A DNA stretch of 32,000 nt from Psychrobacter sp. DM4 (GCF_051307035.1 NZ_CP195536.1:210001-242000), one strand, 5' to 3'; shown: positions 7,089 through 17,171, counted from the stretch's first letter. The notes: generated by a model from the letters alone, not told the origin. Translations and numbers: made by a program.

Positions 7089-9311
7089 ATGAGTACTATG
7101 CCAACTAAACGAAGCAAAACCATAGCCCGTAAAGGTAATGAACAAACCCATCTTAGAACTTGTACTTTGTGTGAAGCCATGTGCGGCATCGTCGTCAAGC
7201 ACGATGGCGATAAAGTATTGTCCATTAAAGGCGATAAAGATGATCCCTTTTCTCAAGGGTATATCTGCCCCAAAGCGACGGCATTACAAGATTTGCATGA
7301 AGATCCTGATCGCCTGCGCCATCCTGTAGAGCGCACGGCTAGTGGCTGGAAAAAGATCGGCTGGCCGGAGGCGTTAGACAAAGTTGCCGCTGGTATCAGC
7401 GCGGTTCAAAAAAAGCATGGCAAAAACGCGCTTGGTATCTATTTGGGTAATCCAAATGTGCACAATATGGGCGGTATGCTGACGGTCAAGCATCTCTTAA
7501 ATAGTATAAAAACTCGTAGCCGTTTCTCTGCGACGTCGATCGATCAGCTGCCGCATCACATTGTAAGCATGCATCTGTTCGGGCATATGCTGCGTATCCC
7601 AGTGCCTGATGTCAATCGTACCCAGCATATGCTTATTATCGGCGGCAATCCGCTGGCATCCAACGGCAGTATTATGACCGCACCAAACATGCGCCAAAAG
7701 ATCAAAGACATAAAAGCCCGCGATGGTAAAGTCGTGGTCATCGATCCTAGACGTACGGAGACCGCAGAGCTGGCAAGCGAGCATCATTTTATCCGTCCAG
7801 CAACCGACGTCTTACTGCTACTTGCCATGCTTAATGAGATCTATATCCAAGGTTATGCGGACAAAGCGCGCGCCAAAGATAACAAAGCCATTGCGCTCAC
7901 GCCTGCGATTGAGCGTATGGCAGACTTTGCCAAAGATTATAGCGCTGAGTCAGTAGCGAGTATCACGGGTATCAGTGCCTCTGAGATCAAACGCCTAGTC
8001 ACTGAGTTCTGTGAGGCAGATAGCTCTGTCTGCTATGGACGTATGGGCGTCTCAGTACAAGAGTTCGGTCTGCTATGTCAGTATTTGATTATGGTCATCA
8101 ATATTGTCACTGGGCGCTTAGATGAAGTCGGCGGTCTGATGTTCCCCAATCCTGCCGTTGATTTGGTCAATAATTCAGGACCAGGTTATCTGGGCAAACG
8201 TCATACGCGCGTAAGCCATTTACCTGATTTTAATGGCGATTACCCCGTAGTCGCTATGGCAGATGAGATGCTAGTAGCAGGCGAGGGACAGCTAAAAGCC
8301 TTTATGTGTGTGGCGGGTAATCCGGTGCTTAGTACCCCAAATGGTGAAAAATTAGATGAAGCATTGGCACAGTTGGAGTTTGTGGTTGCCATTGACTACT
8401 TTGTGACCGAAACCAGTCGCCATGCCAACATCATTCTGCCGCCCGCTTCGCCCTTAGAGCGCGAGCACTATGACGTTACCTTTAACGGTTTTGCGGTACA
8501 CAATGTTGCCAAGTATTCGCCCGCCTTATTTACCAAACATAAGGACGCTAAGCACGACTGGCAGATATATCTAGAGCTTGCTAAGCGCTTGGACAAAAAA
8601 CCTGCTCTGGCCACTCGGGTAGAGCGTGAGCTCACCTCGCGACTAGGGCCAAAGTTCGTCCTTGATCAAGGTTTGCGCCGCGGGCCTTATCAAGGTATGA
8701 CACTAAGCAAGCTTAAGAAAAACCCTCATGGTATGGATCTTGGGCCACTGAAACGTATGCTGCCACAAGCTATCAAACACAAAGACAAACAGATTGCTCT
8801 TAATGTAGATTTTTATCAAGCAGATCTAGCGCGCGTTCAAGAAATGATGGCGAACTATGATGCTGAGCAAATTCTACTCATAGGTCGCCGCCACGTACGT
8901 AGTAACAATTCTTGGTTACATAATAGCCAGCGCTTGGTCAAAGGCAAACCGCGTTGTACTTTGATGCTCCATCCTGACACGGCCAAAGACTACGGTATTG
9001 AGGATGGTCAAGACGTACAAGTGACCTCTCGCGTAGGGTGCGTAACCATTGTCGCTGAAGTCACCGATGAGCTAATGGCAGGAGTGGTGAGTATTCCACA
9101 TGGCTGGGGTCATGGTCGCAGTGGCGTCAAGCAAAAGATCGCTCAGGCGCATGCTGGGGTCAGCGTCAATGATTTGACCGATGATACGCTGATCGATGAG
9201 CTGTGCGGTAACGCGGCAGTCAATGGCGTACCTGTGCAACTGAAGCCTGTAAAGGTTGAGGCTGACGCTGAAGAAATAGAGACCGCTTATGAAGAAGCAA
9301 TGAGTTCATAA
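7089..9311 (+). CDS. Molybdopterin (bis-MGD) oxidoreductase, MopB superfamily; cytoplasmic, substrate unknown
   Basis: N-terminal 4Fe-4S motif CTLCEAMCG...GYICPK. Length and the C-terminal MopB barrel region (SIPHGWGH) fit the superfamily. No twin-arginine signal. Start set at MSTMPTK (7089; 7098 is also possible) instead of the track's 7023, which overlaps tetR. Confidence 0.85.
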   Translation: MSTMPTKRSKTIARKGNEQTHLRTCTLCEAMCGIVVKHDGDKVLSIKGDKDDPFSQGYICPKATALQDLHEDPDRLRHPVERTASGWKKIGWPEALDKVAAGISAVQKKHGKNALGIYLGNPNVHNMGGMLTVKHLLNSIKTRSRFSATSIDQLPHHIVSMHLFGHMLRIPVPDVNRTQHMLIIGGNPLASNGSIMTAPNMRQKIKDIKARDGKVVVIDPRRTETAELASEHHFIRPATDVLLLLAMLNEIYIQGYADKARAKDNKAIALTPAIERMADFAKDYSAESVASITGISASEIKRLVTEFCEADSSVCYGRMGVSVQEFGLLCQYLIMVINIVTGRLDEVGGLMFPNPAVDLVNNSGPGYLGKRHTRVSHLPDFNGDYPVVAMADEMLVAGEGQLKAFMCVAGNPVLSTPNGEKLDEALAQLEFVVAIDYFVTETSRHANIILPPASPLEREHYDVTFNGFAVHNVAKYSPALFTKHKDAKHDWQIYLELAKRLDKKPALATRVERELTSRLGPKFVLDQGLRRGPYQGMTLSKLKKNPHGMDLGPLKRMLPQAIKHKDKQIALNVDFYQADLARVQEMMANYDAEQILLIGRRHVRSNNSWLHNSQRLVKGKPRCTLMLHPDTAKDYGIEDGQDVQVTSRVGCVTIVAEVTDELMAGVVSIPHGWGHGRSGVKQKIAQAHAGVSVNDLTDDTLIDELCGNAAVNGVPVQLKPVKVEADAEEIETAYEEAMSS

Positions 9312-9335
9312 TTTAATTTGAGTTATTTAACACAT

Positions 9336-9366
9336 AAAAAAGGCGCTTATTGATCAGCGCCTTTTC
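9336..9366. terminator. Bidirectional intrinsic terminator between convergent genes
   Basis: AAAAGGCGCT (9338-9347) pairs with AGCGCCTTTT (9356-9365). Confidence 0.75.
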
Positions 9367-9409
9367 TATGTTTGAGCCTCTACTTTTTTTGCGACGTCAC
9401 ATTAAATAC

Positions 9410-10729
9410 TTATAAAATACCGACAAAGTCAAAATCGATATCTAGCGTCTTATTCTGCATCAATAAGCTCAACGCCTTGGCTGATCCGCAAGCGAACGTC
9501 CCACCCAAAGTTCCGTGTCCGGTATTTAGCCATAGATTATCAAAAGTTGCCTCACTGTTTTGACTACCACGCCTCACAGATCCTGCATGCGCGCGTCCTA
9601 TTAAAGGTACGCTGGATGGGGTCATCGGATGAATACTTGCCCAGTACTTGGCAGAATTGGCAATGATACCTTTTGGGAATAGATGCTGAATACGGTCAGT
9701 AATCGCTTCACAGTGCGCTAAGTTAAGCGGCAAACTATGACCATTAAATTCAATAGCGCTTGTAACTCGCAGCTTATCGCCTAAGCGCGATATGATAAGT
9801 TTGTACTCATCATCGATAAGGCTGATAAAGGGCGCTAAGTGCGGGGCGCGTGGATTGACTTTGTAGGTTGCAGAGTAGCTTTTTGCAGCAAAAATAGGCA
9901 AGTGAATACCCAATGGCTTGGCAAGCGTCATACTGTCGTGACCGAGCGCTAATACGTAACTGTCCGCGCTAAAGGTTTGTGCATTTTCATCGATAGGGCG
10001 GATGGTAATACTATGGATATGAGATTTGCTAGCGTCGTCATCTGCGCTTATGGCAACTACTTCGGTATCATACCTAAAGCGCACGCCTGCTAATATGCAC
10101 ATCTCAGCCAAGCGCTGAGTGAATAGATAGGGGTTACCTGACTCATCAGCGCTAGTAAAAGTCGCGCCAACCAGTCTATGAGCGATAGGATATAAGGCAG
10201 GCTCTAGACTTGTAGCGTTATTGATATCGATAATGCGGCGCTCGCAGCCTAGTGCTTGTAAGCGCTTTGTAGGTGCAGCTGCTGCCTCATAGTAGGTCTG
10301 ATCAGTATAAAAATGCATGGCACCGCGAGTTTTGTGCTCATAGCTGACATCGATAGCAGTGCGTAATTGTCTCAAAGCGTCCTGTGAGTATAGTCCCAAA
10401 CGCACCATTTGAGTTAAATTAGCATCCGCTTGTTCAGCACGGCGCTCACGCAAAAATTGTAGCGCCCATTGACGCTGCGATTTGTCAGACCGCAAGTGAT
10501 ATAAAAGCGGCGCATCTTCTCGAAAAAACCCCTTGAGTGTTGCAAGTGGCGTCTTAGGATTAGCCCACGGATTCATACTACCAATAGATAGCGCACCACT
10601 CGCAAATAGCGTCTGTATACCTGATGCGGACTCACGCTCAATCACTGTAACCTCAAAACCTGCCTGGCGCAGATACCATGCGGTAGTGACACCGATCACG
10701 CCTGCTCCTAGTACTGCAATGTGCGTCAT
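9410..10729 (-). CDS. dadA: D-amino-acid dehydrogenase-like FAD oxidoreductase (DAO family)
   Basis: MTHIAVLGAGVIGVTTAWYL.QAG.EVTVIERE (Rossmann fold), a C-terminal NLWLNTGHGTLG motif as in E. coli DadA, and about 430 aa in length. Confidence 0.8.
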   Translation of the reverse strand: MTHIAVLGAGVIGVTTAWYLRQAGFEVTVIERESASGIQTLFASGALSIGSMNPWANPKTPLATLKGFFREDAPLLYHLRSDKSQRQWALQFLRERRAEQADANLTQMVRLGLYSQDALRQLRTAIDVSYEHKTRGAMHFYTDQTYYEAAAAPTKRLQALGCERRIIDINNATSLEPALYPIAHRLVGATFTSADESGNPYLFTQRLAEMCILAGVRFRYDTEVVAISADDDASKSHIHSITIRPIDENAQTFSADSYVLALGHDSMTLAKPLGIHLPIFAAKSYSATYKVNPRAPHLAPFISLIDDEYKLIISRLGDKLRVTSAIEFNGHSLPLNLAHCEAITDRIQHLFPKGIIANSAKYWASIHPMTPSSVPLIGRAHAGSVRRGSQNSEATFDNLWLNTGHGTLGGTFACGSAKALSLLMQNKTLDIDFDFVGIL

Positions 10730-10762
10730 AAGGTTCTAAAGCCTTGCGGTTAATTTACTACT

Positions 10763-11521
10763 CTACTGAGGACGAGCCACGTCAGCTTGTAGGGCATCAG
10801 GTAAGTCAAGAATACTAAGCTTATTATCAGCCAGATGTTCAGGACGCGCTACGACCAAGGCCCTAAAACCATTTTCAATCGCTATCGCATTGACCACCTG
10901 AACCTTACCAAGTTTTTCGCCTGCTGCGGGTACGCTGGCATGTCCTTTTGGGTCGCTGCTTTCTACATAGTGCAAAAACGCTTTTGGCGCTGATTTGAAA
11001 TAAATACGAGCGATGACTTCCTGACCTAGATAGCAGCCTTTATCATAATCCATACCGCCGCGCTGATGGAGGCGTAGCTCCTGCGGTTGAAACTCACCTT
11101 GGCTATTTGCCACTATCCAATAGTTACCTGTCGCTATACTGGTTCCCATCCATTTTTGTACATCCTCATTACTTTCACTGTGGCTAAAGGTAGGCTCACC
11201 ATCCAATACACAAGGATAAATAGGGGTAGAAGCACTGGTCTCAAACTTTGAAAACGCACCAAATTTACTTAAATGCGCTTGCAAAGCGTCAGCGCAATCC
11301 GCACTAATGACGATATCGTATTGTTTTTCGTCCTGTTTTTTGATCCAAAAACCAAATTCAATACGTCCTTTTAGGTTACTAATAGCCGCTGCTTGATAGC
11401 TAAGACCAAGTTTTGTGACATCAACGGTGATTTGACCTTGCAAGAATTTTTCGGCATCCTCGCCTTGAATCGTTAATTGAGAAAACTGCGGCGGTTGGAC
11501 TGAATTTATAGGTTGAGTCAT
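10763..11521 (-). CDS. ygfZ: YgfZ-family folate-binding protein (GcvT-like fold)
   Basis: KFLQGQIT.DV near the N-terminus and the family signature KGCYLGQEVIAR. Confidence 0.75.
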   Translation of the reverse strand: MTQPINSVQPPQFSQLTIQGEDAEKFLQGQITVDVTKLGLSYQAAAISNLKGRIEFGFWIKKQDEKQYDIVISADCADALQAHLSKFGAFSKFETSASTPIYPCVLDGEPTFSHSESNEDVQKWMGTSIATGNYWIVANSQGEFQPQELRLHQRGGMDYDKGCYLGQEVIARIYFKSAPKAFLHYVESSDPKGHASVPAAGEKLGKVQVVNAIAIENGFRALVVARPEHLADNKLSILDLPDALQADVARPQ

Positions 11522-11764
11522 TATTGTTATTCCTCGTATCGAGCGATATGTTTATTAATTTAACTGAATGCTAAAAATACATTTTAAAATATGAAGAGTA
11601 GCACAAAAAATGAGCACACAAAGCAACCATCACTTATCGTAACGATTTAGCACAGGGGTGTTAGCAATCTATAGTATCGCAACTTGACTCATTGGTTAAA
11701 AAGTCGATTTGCGCTACAATGAAGGCACAAAAACTATCTATAAATAAAGCGCTGCGAGGCTACT

Positions 11765-12121
11765 ATGAGCTTACCTAATTGCCCAAAATGTAACGCTGAT
11801 TACACGTATGAGGATGGTGCCTTATTGGTGTGTCCGATGTGTGCTCATGAATGGACAGCCGCCGAAACACAAGTAGCTAATGCTCAAATAGAAGAAGAAG
11901 GTATCGTTCGTGATGCGGTGGGTAATGAGTTGCAAGATGGCGATGCGGTCACGGTGATAAAAGATCTAAAGGTCAAAGGATCATCTATTGTCATAAAGGT
12001 AGGTACTAAGGCTAAGAGCATCCGTTTGCTTGATGATCCCGTTGATGGTCATGATATCGACTGTAAATTGGAGGGCTTTGGGCAGATGAAGCTTAAGTCA
12101 TCAGTCGTCAAAAAAGCTTAA
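11765..12121 (+). CDS. yjdM: Zinc-ribbon protein YjdM/PhnA
   Basis: LP.CPKC...YTYEDG.L.VCP.C.HEW plus the C-terminal [20 protein letters not shown] and MKLKS..VKK. Confidence 0.88.
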   Translation: MSLPNCPKCNADYTYEDGALLVCPMCAHEWTAAETQVANAQIEEEGIVRDAVGNELQDGDAVTVIKDLKVKGSSIVIKVGTKAKSIRLLDDPVDGHDIDCKLEGFGQMKLKSSVVKKA

Positions 12122-12147
12122 CTTTTATAAGTAAATTGAGAGTATTT

Positions 12148-13449
12148 ATGAGTACTAAAAACGAACAACTTTTCGCTCAAGCCCGCAAACATATTCCTGG
12201 CGGCGTTAATTCCCCAGTACGTGCGTTTGCTGGGGTAGGTGGTACGCCCATCTTTATGCACCGCGCGAGCGGCAGCAAAATCTACGATACCGAAGACAAT
12301 GCTTATATCGATTATATTGGCTCTTGGGGACCGATGATTTTGGGTCATGCGCATCCAAAAGTGATCGATGCGGTCAAAAAAGCCGCCGAAGATGGTTTAA
12401 GCTTTGGTACACCAACGCCGTTTGAGACGACGGTTGCGGATAAGATATGCGATATTGTGCCAAGTGTTGAGATGATACGTATGACCAGCTCAGGCACCGA
12501 GGCGACAATGAGTGCGATTCGTCTGGCGCGCGGTTATACGGGTCGTGACAATATCGTTAAGTTTGAAGGCTGCTACCACGGGCATTCAGATAGTCTCCTC
12601 GTCAAAGCTGGCTCAGGCATGCTTGATATCGGTGAGCCGACGTCTAAAGGCGTGCCCGCTGACTTTGCTAAGCATACGATTACCTTGCCTTACAACGACC
12701 CACAAGCGATCAAAGACTGCTTTGAGAAGTGGGGCGATACCATCGCTTGTATTATCGTCGAGCCTATCGCCGGTAACATGAATATGGTGATCCCTGAGCA
12801 AATATTTCACGACACCTTACGTGAGCAATGTACTGAGCACGGCGCGGTACTTATCTTTGATGAAGTCATGACAGGCTTTCGTGTCGGACTTGGCGGTGCA
12901 CAAGCGCATTTCGGTATTGAACCTGACTTAACCTGCTTTGGCAAAATCATTGGTGCAGGTCTGCCTGTTGGCGCTTTTGGTGGTAAGCAAGAGATCATGG
13001 AATGTATCGCACCGATGGGCGGCGTCTATCAGGCAGGGACATTATCGGGCAATCCACTAGCGATGCGCGCTGGTATTGCGATGTTTGAGGACTTAACCGT
13101 CGACGGGTTTTATGATGAATTGTCTGCCAAAGTCGACCGTTTGATTGATGGTATTCAGGCTTCTGCTGACAAGCACGGTATCAATCTGCGCACCAATAAG
13201 CTTGGCGGTATGTTCGGTATGTTTTTTGTCAAAGACGCTGATACGCCAACGCCGCTTGATTTTGATGAGGTGACCGCGTGCGACATGGAAGTGTTCAATA
13301 CTTTCTTTCATGGCATGCTAGATCGCGGCATTTATTTGGCGCCTTCTGCTTATGAGGCGGGCTTTATGTCGATCAAGCACAGCAGTGATGACTTAGAGTT
13401 TTCAGTCAACGCGGCTGATGAGATATTTGCTGAGATGGCAAAAGCTTAG
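12148..13449 (+). CDS. hemL: Glutamate-1-semialdehyde 2,1-aminomutase
   Basis: LF..A...[42 protein letters not shown] and [10 protein letters not shown]. Start at ATG 12148 (MSTKNEQ). Confidence 0.95.
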   Translation: MSTKNEQLFAQARKHIPGGVNSPVRAFAGVGGTPIFMHRASGSKIYDTEDNAYIDYIGSWGPMILGHAHPKVIDAVKKAAEDGLSFGTPTPFETTVADKICDIVPSVEMIRMTSSGTEATMSAIRLARGYTGRDNIVKFEGCYHGHSDSLLVKAGSGMLDIGEPTSKGVPADFAKHTITLPYNDPQAIKDCFEKWGDTIACIIVEPIAGNMNMVIPEQIFHDTLREQCTEHGAVLIFDEVMTGFRVGLGGAQAHFGIEPDLTCFGKIIGAGLPVGAFGGKQEIMECIAPMGGVYQAGTLSGNPLAMRAGIAMFEDLTVDGFYDELSAKVDRLIDGIQASADKHGINLRTNKLGGMFGMFFVKDADTPTPLDFDEVTACDMEVFNTFFHGMLDRGIYLAPSAYEAGFMSIKHSSDDLEFSVNAADEIFAEMAKA

Positions 13450-13493
13450 CTTGGTATAAAACATTAATAGCTAGCACAATAAATTTTTGAACT

Positions 13494-13536
13494 AAAAAAG
13501 GACTAAGCCACTTATATGTCGCTTAGTCCTTTTTTT
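13494..13536. terminator. Bidirectional intrinsic terminator between hemL and the convergent monooxygenase gene
   Basis: AAAAAAGGACTAAGC pairs with GCTTAGTCCTTTTTT, a 15-nt arm including the A and T runs. Confidence 0.8.
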
Positions 13537-13553
13537 ATTGAATTCTTAGTACC

Positions 13554-14720
13554 TTAACTTTGTACTCGACCTTTACCATAAGCAAACTGCGAGCGTTCTC
13601 CTAATTGGCGACCATGCTGACACAGACGCTTGCCGTATTGTAGCTGACCGACTTCCCAATGCTTTAGTGCCTGCTGTACCTCATGACTGTGCTCAACTAG
13701 TGCTTCTACCAAAGCGATTGCATCAGCGGCTGCTTTTGCCGTACTAGCAGCAGTATGAGGACGTGGAATAAAAGCTGCATCACCGACTAGAGCAATATTA
13801 TCAAACGCCATTTGCGGTATAGTCAGATCCAAAATCGACTGAACAAAAGGCGCTGTAGTCGCTGCAACTAGCTCTTTGAATGGCTCAACAAGCGTTGCGT
13901 TGGCGTACTCTCGCATGGCTTGCTCTACGGCAGGCGCTATCATTTCAGGTGGAATCGAATGAGTCCGCGGCCTACCATTCATGTCGGTAAGAATAGTAGG
14001 TAGCTCAGTGATCTCATCGTAATTGACATACCACACCCAATTAAAACGACGTCTGCCAGCTACGAGCGATTCGTTCTCGCCAGGAATGAGATACGCCAAA
14101 ATCTGCGAGTTTGGGAAGTCATAAAACACAAAACGCTCGGTAAATATGGCAGCGGTATCGGAATCTAGCCTGCCTTCATCGACAACGCTCTCATCAACAA
14201 CGCCGCGATAAGCCACGTAGCCGGCGTATTCTGGAATATAACTAGGAAGTAGCTGCTGACGTACGGTGGATGCTGGTCCATCAGCGCCGATAAGCAAATC
14301 GGCAGTCACGCGTAAGCCATCTGCAAAAATAGCGGTGGCCTTATCATCGCTTGACTCGACGCGCTCTAACACTTTGCCTTGATGATAACACTCGTCTGGA
14401 AAATGCCGACGTAGCGAGCGATACAGAATATTCCAAGAGGTGAGCGTCTGGCGCATTGCCATTTTATCGATGCTACCGTTTTGGTTTAAATAGTAGCGCT
14501 CAATGACATCAACGCCTAAGTTGTCAGTATCAATACCTGCTAATTCAAAAGCGGTGATGACATCAGGTTGCAGAACGATACCGCCGCCACGACTATCAAG
14601 CTCATGAGTAGAGCGCTCATAGATGTCGACTTGCCAGCCGATATCCCGTAGCAAGGTTCCTGCGAATAATCCTGCCAATGAGCCACCAATAACGATGGCG
14701 CACTTATTTATCGGTTCCAC
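13554..14720 (-). CDS. FAD-dependent monooxygenase (group A flavoprotein hydroxylase-like)
   Basis: CAIVIGGSLAGLFAG.LL...G..V.IYER (dinucleotide fold), LIGADG..S.VR, and LVGDAAFIPRPHTAASTAKA. Start moved to GTG 14720, which has AGGAGAGAG 3 nt upstream. The track's 14810 overlaps the upstream gene. Confidence 0.8.
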   Translation of the reverse strand: MEPINKCAIVIGGSLAGLFAGTLLRDIGWQVDIYERSTHELDSRGGGIVLQPDVITAFELAGIDTDNLGVDVIERYYLNQNGSIDKMAMRQTLTSWNILYRSLRRHFPDECYHQGKVLERVESSDDKATAIFADGLRVTADLLIGADGPASTVRQQLLPSYIPEYAGYVAYRGVVDESVVDEGRLDSDTAAIFTERFVFYDFPNSQILAYLIPGENESLVAGRRRFNWVWYVNYDEITELPTILTDMNGRPRTHSIPPEMIAPAVEQAMREYANATLVEPFKELVAATTAPFVQSILDLTIPQMAFDNIALVGDAAFIPRPHTAASTAKAAADAIALVEALVEHSHEVQQALKHWEVGQLQYGKRLCQHGRQLGERSQFAYGKGRVQS

Positions 14721-14787
14721 GTGCTCTCTCCTGACTGCCAATTCACTAAACCGCTCATTTGATTGAATTGACAATACCGTTAGCGCC

Positions 14788-15195
14788 CTACTGTTGTCTG
14801 ATTTTATCAAACTTGGTATCCTTTAAGCTCAGTCTACCGCGTAGCACATCGCCATACATTCGAAAGTCGCTAGCGAAGCTTTTGAGCGGGAATTTAAACG
14901 ACGCAGGTTTATTCTTTTCAAAGAAAAAATGTCCGACCCAAGCGCAGCCATAACCAGCAGCGATACCTTTAAGTAAAGGTTTTGGCGAGCGGGTCTTAAC
15001 AGATTTTGCGAGGCCTAAAAGACCAAAGCTACTACCTGCAAAGTGCAAACGCCGACAAGCCATATTTTGATGCTCCTCTAAGTAGAAGTCATAAAATTTT
15101 TGCTCAGTAGGTTTGATATTCTTTATGCTGTTATTAGTATTTGTGTGACTAAGCTCAGTCTTGCTAAAGACTTCATGTTGGGTTTGAGTATTCAT
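14788..15195 (-). CDS. DUF962 / Mpo1-like membrane protein
   Basis: FYDFYLEEHQN..CRRLHF.G...........GY..AWVGHFFFEKNKPA.F..P..S...D..M matches the DUF962 pattern from memory. Start set at MNTQTQ (15195), with AAGGA 7 nt upstream. Confidence 0.65.
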   Translation of the reverse strand: MNTQTQHEVFSKTELSHTNTNNSIKNIKPTEQKFYDFYLEEHQNMACRRLHFAGSSFGLLGLAKSVKTRSPKPLLKGIAAGYGCAWVGHFFFEKNKPASFKFPLKSFASDFRMYGDVLRGRLSLKDTKFDKIRQQ

Positions 15196-15575
15196 AGTAG
15201 CATCCTTGCTCGTTAGCTTGATTATAGTAAAAGGTGGAAATAGACAATTATCATATAACAAAATAGCGCTTAAGTAATTGTTATTTATGACATACAAGAC
15301 ATCTCTTTGATTTCTATAGAGCCTATGTCATTCAAACACTTGTCAATTGATGGTAGATACGCAAAACATCTGCTCTTGAAGGTGCAAAACAGTTACTATT
15401 CTGGGCGCTTGCCCCTATTTGGCATAAATGCTTTAATGACAACACTTATCTATAACGCTTGCTAATTTAATTCTATATCACATGATAACTAATGGCTCGT
15501 TAATTGTGCTGATAGATATCCTTTTTCACTGATTGTTCGATTCAGTCAGCTCACAACCTACGGTAACCGCTTTTT

Positions 15576-17102
15576 ATGCCTAAAAAATACCTTGCCAACT
15601 CGCCGCTTGCCGAAGACGAGCTGATGGCAGCCATTGATATCGGCTCAAACAGTTTTCATTTAGCGATTGCTCGCCTTGACCATGGTGAGGTACGTAAAGT
15701 GGTCTCTATGTCTGAAAAGGTACAATTGGCAGCGGGGTTAGATGAGCACAATATTTTGAGTGCGGATGCCGCTCGGCGGGGTTTGGAGTGCTTGAACCGT
15801 TTTGTTACGCGTCTAGATTCCGTGCCGCCAGAGCGCGTGCGTATCGTTGCGACCAATGCGCTGCGTCAAGCCAAAAACGCCGATGATTTTATTACCCGTG
15901 CCAACGATATATTACCCAAGCCAATAGAAATTATTGCAGGTCGCGAAGAGGCACGTTTGATTTATTTGGGCGTCTCGCATACCAATGCCAGTAGTGATAA
16001 GCGTCTGGTCATTGATATTGGCGGCGGCTCAACTGAATTTATCATCGGCCAAGGCTTTGAGCCGATGCTGACCGAGAGCTTGCAAATGGGCTGCGTGGCC
16101 TTCACCCAAAAGTTCTTTGCAGATGGACTGATTACCAAAGACGCTTTTACCAAAGCTATTAGCGCCTCGAGAAAAGAAGTGCTTGCGATTAACGGTCGTT
16201 ACCAAAAAGCGGGTTGGAGCAGTGTCATCGGCTCTAGTGGCACTATAAAGGCGGTACGTAATGTACTAGTATCAAAAGGCTGGTCTGATGACCAAGAGCG
16301 CGTGACCTATCACGGGCTCAAAAAGCTTGAAAAGCTACTGACCAAGATCGGTAATGTCGAGGATATCGACCTAGAAGGCGTCAAAGAACACCGTAGAGCT
16401 GTGTTTCCAGCAGGAGTAGCGGTACTGCGCGCTATCATGAAAGTGCTTGGTGTTGAGACCTTGACCTACTCAGATGGGGCACTGCGCGAAGGCGTTATGT
16501 ATGATATGCTCGGACGCTTTAGCAGTGAAGATGTACGAGATCGCAGTGTGCTGGCGCTCATTAAACGCTATTCGGTAGACAAAAAACAAGCCCGCCAAGT
16601 CGTCAAGACCAGTCATCTCCTGCTTGAACAAGTCAATCGTGATTTGAAATTAAACACAGATGATGCTGATCTGCTACGCCGCGCTGCTTACTTGCATGAG
16701 GTTGGTCTTGCCATTAGTCATAGCAGCTATCACAAGCACAGTGCCTATTTGCTTGAGTACTCAGACATTCCAGGGTTCTCGCAAGTGGATCAAAAGCGGA
16801 TGGCGCAGCTGGCGCTTAGTCATAGACGTAAACTCAAATCCGATACGCTGGAGCAAGCTTGTAGCGTTGGTGGCGACTCCTTGGTTTATCTATGTTTGCT
16901 TCTTAGGCTTGCCGTATTGACTCATCATAGCCGTAGCGAATATATTCCACCAATTATGAATATTGAGGTGATTAATAGCAATGAGTGGCAAATTACCGTC
17001 ACCAATGATAATGAGCACTACACCTCTTTACTCACAGATCTCCAAGCTGAGACCGAGCAGTTTTCCAAGTGGGGCATCAAGCTTAGTATCGTTGAAGCTT
17101 AG
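15576..17102 (+). CDS. ppx: Exopolyphosphatase / guanosine pentaphosphate phosphohydrolase (Ppx/GppA family)
   Basis: AAIDIGSNSFHL.IAR, ATNALR.A.N, IDIGGGSTEF, and the C-terminal HD-like region (YLHEVG..IS...HKHSAY). Confidence 0.9.
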   Translation: MPKKYLANSPLAEDELMAAIDIGSNSFHLAIARLDHGEVRKVVSMSEKVQLAAGLDEHNILSADAARRGLECLNRFVTRLDSVPPERVRIVATNALRQAKNADDFITRANDILPKPIEIIAGREEARLIYLGVSHTNASSDKRLVIDIGGGSTEFIIGQGFEPMLTESLQMGCVAFTQKFFADGLITKDAFTKAISASRKEVLAINGRYQKAGWSSVIGSSGTIKAVRNVLVSKGWSDDQERVTYHGLKKLEKLLTKIGNVEDIDLEGVKEHRRAVFPAGVAVLRAIMKVLGVETLTYSDGALREGVMYDMLGRFSSEDVRDRSVLALIKRYSVDKKQARQVVKTSHLLLEQVNRDLKLNTDDADLLRRAAYLHEVGLAISHSSYHKHSAYLLEYSDIPGFSQVDQKRMAQLALSHRRKLKSDTLEQACSVGGDSLVYLCLLLRLAVLTHHSRSEYIPPIMNIEVINSNEWQITVTNDNEHYTSLLTDLQAETEQFSKWGIKLSIVEA

Positions 17103-17117
17103 TATCGTTGAAGCTTA
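17080..17117 (+). repeat. 16-bp tandem duplication (about 2.4 copies) spanning the ppx stop codon
   Basis: AGCTTAGTATCGTTGA at 17080-17095 and 17096-17111, plus a partial AGCTTA at 17112-17117. Confidence 0.9.
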
Positions 17118-17171
17118 ATTCTGGTTATACAACCGATTTCTACTGATATAGTGGCGATAACTATTGGCGAC

